A DNA stretch of 64,000 nucleotides from Escherichia coli. Its GTDB lineage: Bacteria; Pseudomonadota; Gammaproteobacteria; Enterobacterales; Enterobacteriaceae. The first letter of the stretch is position 1. Each line of letters starts with the position of its first letter. The stretch lies in assembly GCF_050920415.1 (NCBI RefSeq), contig NZ_CP169309.1, one strand, 5' to 3'. Both the position numbers and the translations under genes were made by a program. Positions 1 through 12,513 of this stretch are shown here, one piece after another. The notes beneath the pieces were generated by a model. It made no database searches. It was not told the origin of the DNA and worked only from the letters and a program-made list of their open reading frames with translations.

Positions 1-1
1 C

Positions 2-817
2 GTTGAGAACTACGCCACGCTTACCCGCAGCGAAACACTGCTGCCGCTGGTGGGCGATAAAGCGAAGTTACAGCATTACGCCGCGACCACGCCGATTGTC
101 GATATGGTGCGTTTCTCTCCTGCGCAGCTTGACGCTGAAGCCCTGATTAACTTGCTGCGCCCGCTGACCCCGCGCCTGTACTCCATCGCCTCCTCGCAGG
201 CGGAAGTCGAGAACGAAGTACACGTCACCGTTGGTGTGGTGCGTTATGACATTGAAGGCCGCGCCCGTGCTGGCGGTGCCTCCAGCTTTCTTGCGGACCG
301 TGTGGAAGAAGAGGGCGAAGTCCGCGTATTTATCGAACATAACGACAACTTCCGCCTGCCCGCTAACCCGGAAACGCCGGTGATTATGATTGGCCCAGGC
401 ACCGGCATCGCGCCATTCCGCGCCTTTATGCAGCAACGCGCCGCTGACGAAGCGCCGGGCAAAAACTGGCTGTTCTTCGGCAACCCACACTTTACCGAAG
501 ATTTCCTCTACCAGGTGGAGTGGCAGCGCTACGTCAAAGAGGGCGTGCTGACGCGTATCGATCTTGCCTGGTCGCGCGATCAAAAAGAAAAAATTTACGT
601 ACAAGACAAAATGCGCGAACAGGGCGCAGAGCTGTGGCGCTGGATCAATGACGGTGCCCACATTTATGTCTGCGGCGACGCTAATCGCATGGCGAAAGAC
701 GTTGAACAGGCACTTCTGGAAGTGATTGCCGAATTTGGTGGCATGGACACCGAAGCGGCGGATGAATTTTTAAGTGAGCTGCGCGTAGAGCGCCGTTATC
801 AGCGAGATGTCTACTAA
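2..817 (+). CDS. cysJ: Sulfite reductase [NADPH] flavoprotein alpha subunit, C-terminal part (5' end lies outside the window)
   Basis: Reading frame is open from window start; translation shows the FAD/NADPH-binding C-terminus of CysJ; stop overlaps the cysI ATG by 1 nt (TAATG); followed by cysI and cysH in operon order. Confidence 0.9.
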   Translation, partial: VENYATLTRSETLLPLVGDKAKLQHYAATTPIVDMVRFSPAQLDAEALINLLRPLTPRLYSIASSQAEVENEVHVTVGVVRYDIEGRARAGGASSFLADRVEEEGEVRVFIEHNDNFRLPANPETPVIMIGPGTGIAPFRAFMQQRAADEAPGKNWLFFGNPHFTEDFLYQVEWQRYVKEGVLTRIDLAWSRDQKEKIYVQDKMREQGAELWRWINDGAHIYVCGDANRMAKDVEQALLEVIAEFGGMDTEAADEFLSELRVERRYQRDVY

Positions 818-2529
818 TGAGCGAAAAACATCCAGGGCCTTTAGTGGTCGAAGGTAAACTGACAGACGCCGAGCGCATGAAGCTTGAGAGCAACTACCTG
901 CGCGGGACCATTGCGGAAGATTTAAACGACGGTCTGACCGGCGGCTTTAAGGGCGACAACTTCCTGCTGATCCGTTTCCACGGTATGTATCAGCAGGATG
1001 ACCGCGATATCCGCGCCGAACGTGCTGAACAGAAGCTGGAACCGCGTCATGCGATGCTGCTGCGCTGCCGTCTGCCGGGTGGGGTGATCACCACTAAACA
1101 GTGGCAGGCAATTGATAAATTCGCCGGTGAAAACACCATTTATGGCAGCATTCGCCTGACCAACCGCCAGACGTTCCAGTTCCACGGCATTCTGAAAAAG
1201 AACGTCAAACCGGTGCACCAGATGCTGCACTCGGTCGGTCTTGATGCGCTGGCGACCGCCAACGACATGAACCGTAATGTACTCTGCACCTCGAACCCAT
1301 TTGAATCTCAGTTGCACGCGGAAGCGTATGAGTGGGCGAAGAAAATCTCTGAACATCTGCTGCCGCGTACCCGCGCCTACGCGGAGATCTGGCTCGATCA
1401 GGAAAAAGTCGCCACCACTGACGAAGAACCGATCCTCGGTCAGACCTATCTGCCGCGTAAATTCAAAACCACGGTAGTGATCCCGCCGCAGAACGATATC
1501 GATCTGCACGCCAACGACATGAACTTTGTGGCGATCGCGGAAAACGGCAAGCTGGTGGGCTTCAACCTGCTGGTGGGTGGTGGGCTTTCTATCGAACACG
1601 GCAACAAGAAAACCTACGCCCGCACGGCGAGCGAGTTTGGCTATCTGCCACTGGAGCATACGCTGGCGGTGGCGGAAGCGGTCATTACCACTCAGCGTGA
1701 CTGGGGTAATCGTACTGACCGTAAAAACGCCAAAACCAAATACACGCTGGAGCGCGTGGGGGTCGAGACGTTTAAAGCAGAAGTGGAACGTCGCGCGGGG
1801 ATCAAGTTCGAACCGATCCGTCCGTATGAATTTACCGGTCGCGGCGATCGTATCGGCTGGGTAAAAGGGATCGACGACAAATGGCACTTGACGCTGTTTA
1901 TCGAAAATGGCCGAATTCTTGATTATCCGGGACGTCCGCTGAAAACCGGCCTGTTGGAGATCGCAAAGATCCACAAAGGTGATTTCCGCATTACGGCGAA
2001 CCAGAATCTGATCATCGCCGGTGTACCGGAAAGCGAGAAAGCGAAGATTGAGAAGATCGCCAAAGAGAGCGGATTGATGAATGCCGTCACGCCGCAGCGC
2101 GAAAACTCAATGGCCTGCGTGTCATTCCCGACTTGCCCGTTGGCGATGGCGGAAGCGGAGCGTTTCCTGCCGTCGTTTATCGATAACATCGATAATTTAA
2201 TGGCGAAACATGGTGTCAGCGATGAGCATATCGTGATGCGTGTAACAGGCTGCCCGAACGGTTGTGGTCGCGCGATGCTGGCGGAAGTGGGCCTGGTGGG
2301 TAAAGCGCCTGGGCGCTACAACCTGCATCTTGGTGGCAACCGCATTGGGACACGTATCCCACGGATGCATAAAGAAAACATCACCGAGCCGGAAATCCTG
2401 GCGACGCTTGATGAACTGATAGGGCGCTGGGCGAAAGAACGTGAAGCGGGTGAAGGCTTCGGCGACTTTACGGTGCGTGCGGGCATCATTCGCCCGGTGC
2501 TCGATCCGGCGCGTGATTTGTGGGATTAA
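817..2529 (+). CDS. cysI: Sulfite reductase hemoprotein beta subunit (siroheme/4Fe-4S)
   Basis: 570-aa ORF, length and sequence typical of CysI, with a C-terminal Cys cluster (CPNGCGR); translationally coupled to cysJ. Confidence 0.95.
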   Translation: MSEKHPGPLVVEGKLTDAERMKLESNYLRGTIAEDLNDGLTGGFKGDNFLLIRFHGMYQQDDRDIRAERAEQKLEPRHAMLLRCRLPGGVITTKQWQAIDKFAGENTIYGSIRLTNRQTFQFHGILKKNVKPVHQMLHSVGLDALATANDMNRNVLCTSNPFESQLHAEAYEWAKKISEHLLPRTRAYAEIWLDQEKVATTDEEPILGQTYLPRKFKTTVVIPPQNDIDLHANDMNFVAIAENGKLVGFNLLVGGGLSIEHGNKKTYARTASEFGYLPLEHTLAVAEAVITTQRDWGNRTDRKNAKTKYTLERVGVETFKAEVERRAGIKFEPIRPYEFTGRGDRIGWVKGIDDKWHLTLFIENGRILDYPGRPLKTGLLEIAKIHKGDFRITANQNLIIAGVPESEKAKIEKIAKESGLMNAVTPQRENSMACVSFPTCPLAMAEAERFLPSFIDNIDNLMAKHGVSDEHIVMRVTGCPNGCGRAMLAEVGLVGKAPGRYNLHLGGNRIGTRIPRMHKENITEPEILATLDELIGRWAKEREAGEGFGDFTVRAGIIRPVLDPARDLWD

Positions 2530-2560
2530 TATGAATTGCCGCTTCAACTCGGTTTTGTTG

Positions 2561-2636
2561 GCCTGATAAGCGAAGCGCCATCAGGCACTGTGACACCTTT
2601 TGCCGGATGTGGCATAAACGTCTTATCCGGCCTACT
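2561..2636. repeat. REP/BIME-like palindromic units in the cysI-cysH intergenic region
   Basis: Two GC-rich imperfect palindromes (gcctgataagcgaagcgccatcaggc and gccggatgtggcataaacgtcttatccggc) of the REP type. Confidence 0.6.
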
Positions 2637-2665
2637 TAACCCGCAAGGCAAACAGTGAGGAATCT

Positions 2666-3400
2666 ATGTCCAAACTCGATCTAAATGCGCTGAACGAACT
2701 GTCGAAGGTAGATCGCATTCTGGCGCTGGCGGAAACTAACGCCGAGCTTGAAAAACTGGATGCTGAAGGCCGCGTCGCCTGGGCGCTGGATAATCTGCCC
2801 GGTGAATATGTGCTTTCTTCCAGCTTCGGCATTCAGGCGGCGGTGAGCCTGCATCTGGTGAATCAGGTTCGCCCGGATATTCCGGTGATCCTCACCGATA
2901 CGGGTTATCTGTTCCCTGAAACCTACCGCTTTATTGACGAGTTAACGGACAAACTCAAGCTCAACCTGAAAGTGTACCGCGCTACCGAAAGCGCTGCCTG
3001 GCAGGAAGCACGCTACGGCAAACTGTGGGAACAGGGCGTTGAAGGCATTGAAAAGTACAACGATATCAACAAAGTCGAACCGATGAACCGGGCGCTGAAA
3101 GAACTAAACGCGCAAACGTGGTTTGCTGGCCTGCGCCGTGAACAATCCGGCAGCCGCGCTAATTTACCGGTGCTGGCAATTCAGCGTGGTGTATTCAAAG
3201 TGCTGCCGATTATCGACTGGGATAACCGAACTATTTATCAGTACCTGCAAAAACATGGCCTGAAATATCATCCATTATGGGACGAAGGATATTTATCGGT
3301 CGGTGATACCCATACAACCCGTAAATGGGAACCTGGTATGGCGGAAGAAGAAACGCGTTTCTTTGGCTTAAAAAGGGAATGTGGGCTGCACGAAGGGTAA
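2666..3400 (+). CDS. cysH: Phosphoadenosine phosphosulfate (PAPS) reductase
   Basis: 244-aa ORF with PAPS reductase family sequence and the C-terminal ECGLH motif; sits downstream of cysJI. Confidence 0.95.
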   Translation: MSKLDLNALNELSKVDRILALAETNAELEKLDAEGRVAWALDNLPGEYVLSSSFGIQAAVSLHLVNQVRPDIPVILTDTGYLFPETYRFIDELTDKLKLNLKVYRATESAAWQEARYGKLWEQGVEGIEKYNDINKVEPMNRALKELNAQTWFAGLRREQSGSRANLPVLAIQRGVFKVLPIIDWDNRTIYQYLQKHGLKYHPLWDEGYLSVGDTHTTRKWEPGMAEEETRFFGLKRECGLHEG

Positions 3401-3417
3401 ATATTGCCGGATAAAAT

Positions 3418-3458
3418 AAACGCCTCTGTCAGAAATGATGGGGGCGTTTTTATTTTGC
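3418..3458 (+). terminator. Rho-independent terminator downstream of cysH
   Basis: Hairpin aacgcc...ggcgtt followed by ttttatttt, 18 nt after the cysH stop. Confidence 0.55.
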
Positions 3459-3757
3459 GAGCCGCATTCCGGCATTTAAACGTGAATATAGCAGGGGAAA
3501 TCAACAGTTATAGAATGGCGTCGGGTGCTTGAGGCTGTCTGGCGTTAAGCATTCGCGAGGTTCCAGATGGACAAAAGCCCCAGGCGATATATCTATCAAC
3601 CTGAGGCTCGCGTTCGAACGTAGCAATTCGGATGTTAGTCTCTTCTTTGCAGGGAGGCAAGACATGTGTATATCACTGTAATTCGATATTTATGAGCAGC
3701 ATCGAAAAATAGTCCACTGATATCATCGATAATACTAAAAAAACAGGGAGGCTATTA

Positions 3758-6424
3758 ATGGAACCTTTTAAATATATATGTCATTACTGGGGGAAATCCT
3801 CAAAAAGCCTGACGAAAGGAAATGATATTCATCTGTTGATTTATCATTGCCTGGATGTTGCAGCTGTTGCAGATTGCTGGTGGGATCAATCAGTCGTACT
3901 ACAAAATGCTTTTTGCCGAAATGAAATGCTATCAAAACAGAAGGTGAAAGCCTGGCTGTTATTTTTCATTGCCCTTCATGATATCGGAAAGTTTGATATA
4001 CGATTCCAATATAAATCAGCAGAAAGTTGGCTGAAATTAAATCCTGCAACGTCATCACTTAATGGTCCATCAACACAAATGTGCCGTAAATTTAATCATG
4101 GTGCAGCCGGTCTGTATTGGTTTAACCAGGATTCACTTTCAGAGCAATCTCCCGGGGATTTTTTCAGTTTTTTTGATGCCGCTCCTCATCCTTATGAGTC
4201 CTGGTTTCCTTGGGTAGAGGCCGTTACAGGACATCATGGTTTTATATTACATTCCCAGGATCAAGATAAGTCGCGTTGGGAAATGCCAGCTTCTCTGGCA
4301 TCTTATGCTGCGCAAGATAAACAGGCTCGTGAGGAGTGGATATCTGTACTCGAAGCATTATTTTTAACACCAGCCGGGTTATCTATAAACGATATACCAC
4401 CTGATTGTTCATCATTGTTAGCAGGTTTTTGCTCGCTTGCTGACTGGTTAGGTTCCTGGACCACAACGGATACCTTTCTATTCAAAGAAGATGCACCTTC
4501 AGGCATACAAGCGCTAAGAAAATATTTTCAGGATAGACAACAGGATGCGTGTCGGGTACTGGAGTTGAGTGGCCTTGTATCAAATAAGCGTAGTTATGAC
4601 GGCGTACATGCCTTACTGGACAATGGCTATCAACCAAGACAATTACAGGTGTTGGTTGATGCTCTTCCTACAGCTCCCGGGCTGACGGTGATTGAGGCAC
4701 CTACGGGATCAGGTAAAACCGAAACAGCGCTGGCCTATGCCTGGAAACTTATTGACCAACAACTTGCGGATAGTGTTATTTTTGCCCTCCCTACACAAGC
4801 TACTGCAAATGCAATGCTCAGCAGAATGGAAGCGAACGCGAGCCGTTTATTTACCTCCCCAAATCTTATTCTTGCTCATGGTAATTCACGTTTTAACCAC
4901 CTTTTTCAATCAATAAAATCACGCGCATTTACTGAGCAGGGGCAAGAAGAAGCGTGGGTTCAGTGTTGCCAATGGTTGTCACAAAGCAATAAGAAAGTGT
5001 TTCTTGGGCAAATAGGAGTTTGCACGATTGATCAGGTGTTGATATCGGTATTGCCAGTTAAACACCGCTTTATCCGTGGTTTGGGAATTGGTCGAAGTGT
5101 TTTAATTGTTGATGAAGTTCATGCTTACGACACGTATATGAACGGCTTGCTGGAGGCTGTGCTCAAGGCTCAGGCTGATGTGGGGGGGAGTGTTATTCTT
5201 CTTTCCGCAACTCTACCAATGAAACAAAAACAGAAACTTCTGGATACTTATGGTCTGCATACAGATCCAGAGGAAAATAACTCCGCATATCCACTCATTA
5301 ACTGGCGAGGTGTGAATGGTGCGCAACGTTTTGATCTGTTAGCTCATCCAGAACAACTCCCGCCCCGCTTTTCAATTCAGCTAGAACCTATTTATTTAGC
5401 TGACATGTTACCTGACCTTACGATGTTAGAGCGAATGATCGCAGCGGCAAACGCGGGTGCACAAGTCTGTCTTATTTGCAATTTGGTTGACGTTGCACAA
5501 GTATGCTACCAACGGCTAAAGGAGCTAAATAACACGCAAGTAGATATAGATTTGTTTCATGCACGCTTTACGCTGAACGATCGTCGAGAAAAAGAGAATC
5601 GTGTTATTAGCGATTTCGGAAAAAATGGGGATCGAAATGTTGGACGAATACTTGTCGCCACGCAAGTCGTGGAACAATCGCTCGACGTTGATTTTGATTG
5701 GTTAATTACCCAGCATTGTCCCGCAGATTTGCTTTTCCAACGATTGGGCCGTTTACATCGTCATCATCGCAAATATCGTCCCGCTGGTTTTGAGATTCCT
5801 GTTGCCACCATTTTGCTGCCTGATGGCGAGGGTTACGGACGACATGAGCATATTTATAGCAACGTTAGAGTCATGTGGCGGACGCAGCAACATATTGAGG
5901 AACTTAATGGAGCATCCTTATTTTTCCCTGATGCTTACCGGCAATGGCTGGATAGCATTTACGATGATGCGGAAATGGATGAGCCAGAATGGGTCGGCAA
6001 TGGCATGGATAAATTTGAAAGCGCCGAGTGTGAAAAAAGGTTCAAGGCTCGTAAGGTTCTGCAGTGGGCTGAAGAATATAGCTTGCAGGATAACGATGAA
6101 ACCATTCTTGCGGTAACGAGGGATGGGGAAATGAGCCTGCCATTATTGCCTTATGTACAAACGTCTTCAGGTAAACAACTGCTCGATGGCCAGGTCTACG
6201 AGGACCTAAGTCATGAACAGCAGTATGAGGTGTTAGCACTTAATCGCGTCAATGTACCCTTCACTTGGAAACGTAGTTTTTCTGAAGTAGTAGATGAAGA
6301 TGGGTTACTTTGGCTGGAAGGGAAACAGAATCAGGATGGATGGATCTGGCAGGGTAATAATATTGTTATTACCTACACTCGGGATGAAGGGATGACCAGA
6401 GTCATCCCTGCAAATCCCAAATAA
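3758..6424 (+). CDS. cas3: Cas3 HD nuclease / DEAD-box helicase (type I-E)
   Basis: 888-aa ORF with an N-terminal HD domain (HDIGK), a Walker A motif (APTGSGKT) and a DEVH box; immediately precedes casABCDE. Confidence 0.95.
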   Translation: MEPFKYICHYWGKSSKSLTKGNDIHLLIYHCLDVAAVADCWWDQSVVLQNAFCRNEMLSKQKVKAWLLFFIALHDIGKFDIRFQYKSAESWLKLNPATSSLNGPSTQMCRKFNHGAAGLYWFNQDSLSEQSPGDFFSFFDAAPHPYESWFPWVEAVTGHHGFILHSQDQDKSRWEMPASLASYAAQDKQAREEWISVLEALFLTPAGLSINDIPPDCSSLLAGFCSLADWLGSWTTTDTFLFKEDAPSGIQALRKYFQDRQQDACRVLELSGLVSNKRSYDGVHALLDNGYQPRQLQVLVDALPTAPGLTVIEAPTGSGKTETALAYAWKLIDQQLADSVIFALPTQATANAMLSRMEANASRLFTSPNLILAHGNSRFNHLFQSIKSRAFTEQGQEEAWVQCCQWLSQSNKKVFLGQIGVCTIDQVLISVLPVKHRFIRGLGIGRSVLIVDEVHAYDTYMNGLLEAVLKAQADVGGSVILLSATLPMKQKQKLLDTYGLHTDPEENNSAYPLINWRGVNGAQRFDLLAHPEQLPPRFSIQLEPIYLADMLPDLTMLERMIAAANAGAQVCLICNLVDVAQVCYQRLKELNNTQVDIDLFHARFTLNDRREKENRVISDFGKNGDRNVGRILVATQVVEQSLDVDFDWLITQHCPADLLFQRLGRLHRHHRKYRPAGFEIPVATILLPDGEGYGRHEHIYSNVRVMWRTQQHIEELNGASLFFPDAYRQWLDSIYDDAEMDEPEWVGNGMDKFESAECEKRFKARKVLQWAEEYSLQDNDETILAVTRDGEMSLPLLPYVQTSSGKQLLDGQVYEDLSHEQQYEVLALNRVNVPFTWKRSFSEVVDEDGLLWLEGKQNQDGWIWQGNNIVITYTRDEGMTRVIPANPK

Positions 6425-6838
6425 CTTCGGGAATGATTGGTATCAATGACGATAACAAGACCAATAACGGTTTATCCCTACTTAAGTAGGGAAGGTGCAC
6501 AATGTACATCTTCTTTTAATTTCCCGGTATGAGATTTTATATTCACAGTATGAATATTTTATGTAATAAAATTTATGGTAATTATTATAACTAAAAATTT
6601 CTTTGATAATAAAACGAATAACTTGCAGATTTGAAATGCATGCATTATTGTCTTTAAACAATTCAACACATCTTAATATATGCATAGGTTAATTGTATTA
6701 AACCAATGAATATATTTTTGCAGTGAATGTGATTATTGAATTAATTACGCCGTATTTTTTCTTTGTTTTTACCGATAACGGAAGTGTGCCGACGTATAGA
6801 AATGCAGGAGAAATGTCGGAGCATATGAAGGAGAACAA
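6425..6838 (+). promoter_or_regulatory. AT-rich cas3-casA intergenic region carrying the Cascade operon promoter (H-NS/LeuO-regulated in K-12)
   Basis: 414-bp strongly AT-rich non-coding stretch directly upstream of casA. The promoter assignment comes from published K-12 work, not from exact motif positions read here. Confidence 0.45.
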
Positions 6839-8347
6839 ATGAATTTGCTTATTGATAACTGGATCCCTGTACGCCCGCGAAACGGGGGGAAAGTCCAAAT
6901 CCTAAATCTGCAATCGCTATACTGCAGTAGAGATCAGTGGCGGTTAAGTTTGCCCCGTGACGATATGGAACTGGCCGCTTTAGCACTGCTGGTTTGCATT
7001 GCACAAATTATCGCCCCGGCAAAAGATGACGTTGAATTTCGACATCGCATAATGAATCCGCTCACTGAAGATGAGTTTCAACGACTCATCGCGCCGTGGA
7101 TAGATATGTTCTACCTTAATCACGCAGAACATCCCTTTATGCAGACCAAAGGTGTCAAAGCAAATGATGTGACTCCAATGGAAAAACTATTGGCAGGGGT
7201 AAGCGGCGCGACGAATTGTGCATTTGTCAATCAACCGGGGCAGGGTGAAGCATTATGTGGTGGATGCACTGCGATTGCGTTATTCAACCAGGCGAATCAG
7301 GCACCTGGTTTTGGTGGTGGCTTTAAAAGCGGTTTACGTGGAGGAACACCTATAACCACCTTCGTATGTGGGATCGATCTTCGCTCGACGGTGTTACTCA
7401 ATGTCCTCACAATACCTCGTCTTCAAAAACAATTTCCCAATGAATCAAATACGGAAAACCAACCTACCTGGATTAAGCCTGTCAAGCCCAATGAATCTGT
7501 GCCAGCTTCGTCAATTGGGTTTGTCCGTGGCTTATTCTGGCAACCAGCGCATATTGAATTATGCGATCCCATTGGGATTGGTAAATGTTCTTGCTGTGGA
7601 CAGGAAAGCAATTTGCGTTATACAGGTTTTCTTAAGGAAAAATTTACCTTTACAGTTAATGGGCTATGGCCCCATCCGCATTCCCCTTGTCTGGTAACAG
7701 TCAAGAAAGGGGAGGTTGAGGAAAAATTTCTTGCTTTCACCACCTCCGCACCATCATGGACGCAAATCAGCCGAGTTGTGGTAGATAAGATTATTCAAAA
7801 TGAAAATGGAAATCGCGTGGCGGCGGTTGTGAATCAATTCAGAAATATTGCGCCGCAAAGTCCTCTTGAATTGATTATGGGGGGATATCGTAATAATCAA
7901 GCATCTATTCTTGAACGACGTCATGATGTGCTGATGTTTAATCAGGGGTGGCAACAATACGGCAATGTTATAAACGAAATAGTGACTGTTGGTTTGGGGT
8001 ATAAAACAGCCTTACGCAAGGCGTTATATACTTTTGTGGAAGGTATTAAAAATAAAGACTTTAAAGGGGCTGGAGTCTCTGTTCATGAGACTGCAGAAAG
8101 GCATTTCTATCGACAGAGTGAATTATTAATTCCCGATGTATTGGCGAATGTTAATTTTTCCCAGGCTGATGAGGTAATAGCTGATTTACGAGACAAACTT
8201 CATCAATTGTGTGAAATGCTATTTAATCAATCTGTAGCTCCCTATGCACATCATCCTAAATTAATAAGCACATTAGCACTCGCCCGCGCCACGCTATACA
8301 AACATTTACGGGAGTTAAAACCGCAAGGAGGGCCATCAAATGGCTGA
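6839..8347 (+). CDS. casA: Cascade large subunit Cse1/CasA
   Basis: 502-aa ORF at the head of the Cascade operon; start MNLLIDNWIPVRPR matches Cse1. Confidence 0.95.
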   Translation: MNLLIDNWIPVRPRNGGKVQILNLQSLYCSRDQWRLSLPRDDMELAALALLVCIAQIIAPAKDDVEFRHRIMNPLTEDEFQRLIAPWIDMFYLNHAEHPFMQTKGVKANDVTPMEKLLAGVSGATNCAFVNQPGQGEALCGGCTAIALFNQANQAPGFGGGFKSGLRGGTPITTFVCGIDLRSTVLLNVLTIPRLQKQFPNESNTENQPTWIKPVKPNESVPASSIGFVRGLFWQPAHIELCDPIGIGKCSCCGQESNLRYTGFLKEKFTFTVNGLWPHPHSPCLVTVKKGEVEEKFLAFTTSAPSWTQISRVVVDKIIQNENGNRVAAVVNQFRNIAPQSPLELIMGGYRNNQASILERRHDVLMFNQGWQQYGNVINEIVTVGLGYKTALRKALYTFVEGIKNKDFKGAGVSVHETAERHFYRQSELLIPDVLANVNFSQADEVIADLRDKLHQLCEMLFNQSVAPYAHHPKLISTLALARATLYKHLRELKPQGGPSNG

Positions 8348-8822
8348 TGAAATTGATGCAATGGCTTTATATCGAGCCTGGCAACAGCTGGATAACGGAG
8401 CATGTGCGCAAATTAGACGTGTTTCAGAACCTGATGATTTACGCGATATCCCTGCGTTTTATCGGTTGGTGCAACCTTTTGGTTGGGAAAACCTGCGTCA
8501 CCAACAGGCTCTTTTGCGCATGGTGTTTTGCCTGAGCGCAGGAAAGAATGTCATCCGACATCAGGATAAAAAACCGGAGCAAACAATAGGTATCTCGTTG
8601 GGAAGAGCTTTAGCCAATAGTGGAAGAATTAACGAGCGCCGTATCTTCCAATTGATTCGGGCTGACAGAACAGCCGATATGGTCCAGTTACGTCGATTGC
8701 TTGCTCACGCCGAACCCGTACTTGACTGGTCATTAATGGCCCGGATGTTGACCTGGTGGGGAAAGCGCGAACGCCAGCAACTTCTGGAAGATTTTGTATT
8801 GACCACAAACAAAAATGCGTAA
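8340..8822 (+). CDS. casB: Cascade small subunit Cse2/CasB
   Basis: 160-aa ORF overlapping the casA 3' end by 8 nt; position and size match Cse2. Confidence 0.93.
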   Translation: MADEIDAMALYRAWQQLDNGACAQIRRVSEPDDLRDIPAFYRLVQPFGWENLRHQQALLRMVFCLSAGKNVIRHQDKKPEQTIGISLGRALANSGRINERRIFQLIRADRTADMVQLRRLLAHAEPVLDWSLMARMLTWWGKRERQQLLEDFVLTTNKNA

Positions 8823-8834
8823 GGAAACCTCTCA

Positions 8835-9926
8835 ATGTCTAATTTTATTAATATCCATGTCCTGATCTCTCACAGCCCTTCATGTCTGAACCGCGACGAT
8901 ATGAACATGCAGAAAGACGCTATTTTCGGCGGGAAAAGGCGAGTAAGAATTTCAAGTCAAAGCCTTAAACGTGCGATGCGTAAAAGTGATTATTACGCAC
9001 AAAATATTGGTGAATCCAGTCTCAGAACAATTCATCTTGCACAATTACGTGATGTTCTTCGGCAAAAACTTGGTGAACGTTTTGAGCAAAAAATCATCGA
9101 TAAGACATTAGCTCTGCTCTCCGGTAAATCAGTTGATGAAGCTGAAAAGATTTCTGCCGATGCGGTTACTCCCTGGGTTGTGGGAGAAATAGCCTGGTTC
9201 TGTGAGCAGGTTGCAAAAGCAGAGGCAGATAATCTGGATGATAAAAAGCTGCTCAAAATTCTTAAGGAAGATATTGCCGCTATCCGTGTGAATTTACAGC
9301 AGGGGGTTGATATTGCGCTTAGCGGAAGAATGGCAACCAGCGGCATGATGAGTGAGTTGGGAAAAGTTGATGGTGCAATGTCCATTGCGCACGCGATCAC
9401 GACCCATCAGGTTGATTCTGATATTGACTGGTTCACCGCCGTAGATGATTTACAGGAACAAGGTTCTGCACATCTGGGAACACAGGAATTTTCATCGGGT
9501 GTTTTTTATCGTTATGCCAACATTAACCTTGCTCAACTTCAGGAAAATTTAGGCGGCGCCTCCTGGGAGCAGGCTCTGGAAATTGCAACCCATGTTGTTC
9601 ATATGCTGGCAACAGAGGTCCCTGGAGCAAAACAGCGTACTTATGCCGCTTTTAACCCTGCGGAGATGGTAATGGTTAATTTCTCCGATATGCCACTTTC
9701 TATGGCAAATGCTTTTGAAAAAGCGGTGAAAGCGAAAGATGGCTTTTTGCAACCGTCTATACAGGCGTTTAATCAATATTGGGATCGCGTTGCGAATGGC
9801 TATGGTCTGAACGGAGCTGCTGCGCAATTTAGCTTGTCTGACATGGACCCAATTACTGCTCAGGTTAAACAAATGCCTACTTTAGAACAGTTAAAATCCT
9901 GGGTTCGTAATAATGGCGAGGCGTGA
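8835..9926 (+). CDS. casC: Cascade backbone subunit Cas7/CasC
   Basis: 363-aa ORF in operon position 3. Confidence 0.95.
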   Translation: MSNFINIHVLISHSPSCLNRDDMNMQKDAIFGGKRRVRISSQSLKRAMRKSDYYAQNIGESSLRTIHLAQLRDVLRQKLGERFEQKIIDKTLALLSGKSVDEAEKISADAVTPWVVGEIAWFCEQVAKAEADNLDDKKLLKILKEDIAAIRVNLQQGVDIALSGRMATSGMMSELGKVDGAMSIAHAITTHQVDSDIDWFTAVDDLQEQGSAHLGTQEFSSGVFYRYANINLAQLQENLGGASWEQALEIATHVVHMLATEVPGAKQRTYAAFNPAEMVMVNFSDMPLSMANAFEKAVKAKDGFLQPSIQAFNQYWDRVANGYGLNGAAAQFSLSDMDPITAQVKQMPTLEQLKSWVRNNGEA

Positions 9927-9928
9927 AC

Positions 9929-10603
9929 ATGAGATCTTATTTGATCTTGCGGCTTGCTGGGCCAATGCAAGCCTGGGGGCTGCCGACCTTTGAAGGAACG
10001 CGACCTACCGGAAGATTTCCGACCCGAAGCGGGTTATTAGGGCTACTCGGGGCTTGTCTTGGGATCCAACGTGATGATACTTCTTCATTACAGGTGTTAT
10101 CAGAGAGTGTGCAATTTGCAGTGCGTTGCGATGAACTCATTCTTGACGATCGTCGTGTGTCTGTAACGGGGTTGCGTGATTACCATACAGTCCTTGGAGC
10201 GCGAGAAGATTACCGTGGTTTGAAAAGTCATGAAACGATTCAAACATGGCGCGAATATTTATGTGATGCCTCCTTTACCGTCGCTATCTGGTTAACACCA
10301 CAGGCAACGATGGTTATGTCAGAACTTGAAAAAGCAGTATTAAAGCCTCGGTATACACCGTATCTGGGGCGGAGGAGTTGTCCGCTAACACAACCGCTTT
10401 TTCTCGGGACATGTCAGGCGTCGGATCCTCAGAAGGCGCTATTAAATTATGAGCCCGTTGGCGGCGATATTTATAGTGAGGAATCAGTTGACGGGCATCA
10501 TTTAAAATTTACGGTGCGCGACGAACCGATGATCACCTTACCTCGACAATTTGCTTCCCGGGAATGGTATGTGATTAAAGGAGGTATGGATGTATCTCAG
10601 TAA
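9929..10603 (+). CDS. casD: Cascade subunit Cas5/CasD
   Basis: 224 aa from the ATG at 9929 (the ORF track begins 2 codons earlier at a GTG); start MRSYLILRLAGPMQAWG. Confidence 0.9.
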   Translation: MRSYLILRLAGPMQAWGLPTFEGTRPTGRFPTRSGLLGLLGACLGIQRDDTSSLQVLSESVQFAVRCDELILDDRRVSVTGLRDYHTVLGAREDYRGLKSHETIQTWREYLCDASFTVAIWLTPQATMVMSELEKAVLKPRYTPYLGRRSCPLTQPLFLGTCQASDPQKALLNYEPVGGDIYSEESVDGHHLKFTVRDEPMITLPRQFASREWYVIKGGMDVSQ

Positions 10604-11189
10604 AATCATCATTGCCAGGGCCTGTAGCAGGGATCTTTACCAACTTCACCAGGGATTATGGCATTTATTTCCAAATAGACCAGATGCTGCTCGTGATTTT
10701 CTTTTTCATGTTGAGAAGCGAAACACACCAGAAGGCTGTCATGTTTTATTGCAGTCAGCGCAAATGCCTGTTTCAACTGCCGTTGCGACAGTCATTAAAA
10801 CTAAACAGGTTGAATTTCAACTTCAGGTTGGTGTTCCACTCTATTTTCGGCTTCGGGCAAATCCGATCAAAACTATTCTCGACAATCAAAAGCGTCTGGA
10901 CAGTAAAGGGAATATTAAACGCTGTCGGGTTCCGTTAATAAAAGAAGCAGAACAAATCGCGTGGTTGCAACGTAAATTGGGCAATGCGGCGCGCGTTGAA
11001 GATGTGCATCCCATATCGGAACGGCCACAGTATTTTTCTGGGGAAGGTAAAAATGGAAAAATCCAAACGGTTTGCTTTGAAGGTGTGCTCACCGTCAATG
11101 ACGCATCAGCGTTAATGGATCTTATACAGCAAGGTATTGGGCCAGCCAAATCGATGGGATGTGGTTTGCTATCTTTGGCTCCACTGTGA
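10590..11189 (+). CDS. casE: Cas6e/CasE pre-crRNA endoribonuclease
   Basis: 199-aa ORF overlapping the casD 3' end; Cas6e family. Confidence 0.95.
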   Translation: MYLSKIIIARACSRDLYQLHQGLWHLFPNRPDAARDFLFHVEKRNTPEGCHVLLQSAQMPVSTAVATVIKTKQVEFQLQVGVPLYFRLRANPIKTILDNQKRLDSKGNIKRCRVPLIKEAEQIAWLQRKLGNAARVEDVHPISERPQYFSGEGKNGKIQTVCFEGVLTVNDASALMDLIQQGIGPAKSMGCGLLSLAPL

Positions 11190-11204
11190 TTGAGGTGTAA
11201 TAAA

Positions 11205-12408
<1,204 letters not shown>

Positions 12409-12513
12409 AAACAAAGAATTAGCTGATCTTTAATAATAAGGAAATGTTACATTAAGGTTGGTGGGTTGTTTTTATGGGAAAAAATGCTTTAAGAACAAAT
12501 GTATACTTTGAGA
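12409..12513 (+). promoter_or_regulatory. CRISPR leader (AT-rich; array promoter and integration-proximal region)
   Basis: About 105-bp AT-rich sequence between the cas2 stop and the first repeat. Confidence 0.7.

Noticed and set aside
922-1974. 350-aa ORF on the minus strand inside cysI
   Set aside because: It lies entirely antisense to the well-supported cysI coding sequence; long antisense ORFs are common in GC-rich genes. It has no ribosome-binding site context or recognisable family features.
3401-3757. Possible small toxin (hok-like) gene or sRNA in the cysH-cas3 intergenic region
   Set aside because: I translated both strands by eye and found only short, non-hydrophobic ORFs (for example a 58-codon minus-strand frame) with no Hok-like transmembrane peptide; I could not support a toxin gene here. 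The region is better explained as the cysH terminator plus the cas3 promoter region.
6482-6898. Two ORFs of 66-67 aa on the minus strand in the cas3-casA intergenic region
   Set aside because: They sit in an extremely AT-rich regulatory region, are rich in I/K/N/Y/F as expected from base composition, and the second runs into the casA start; most likely artefacts.
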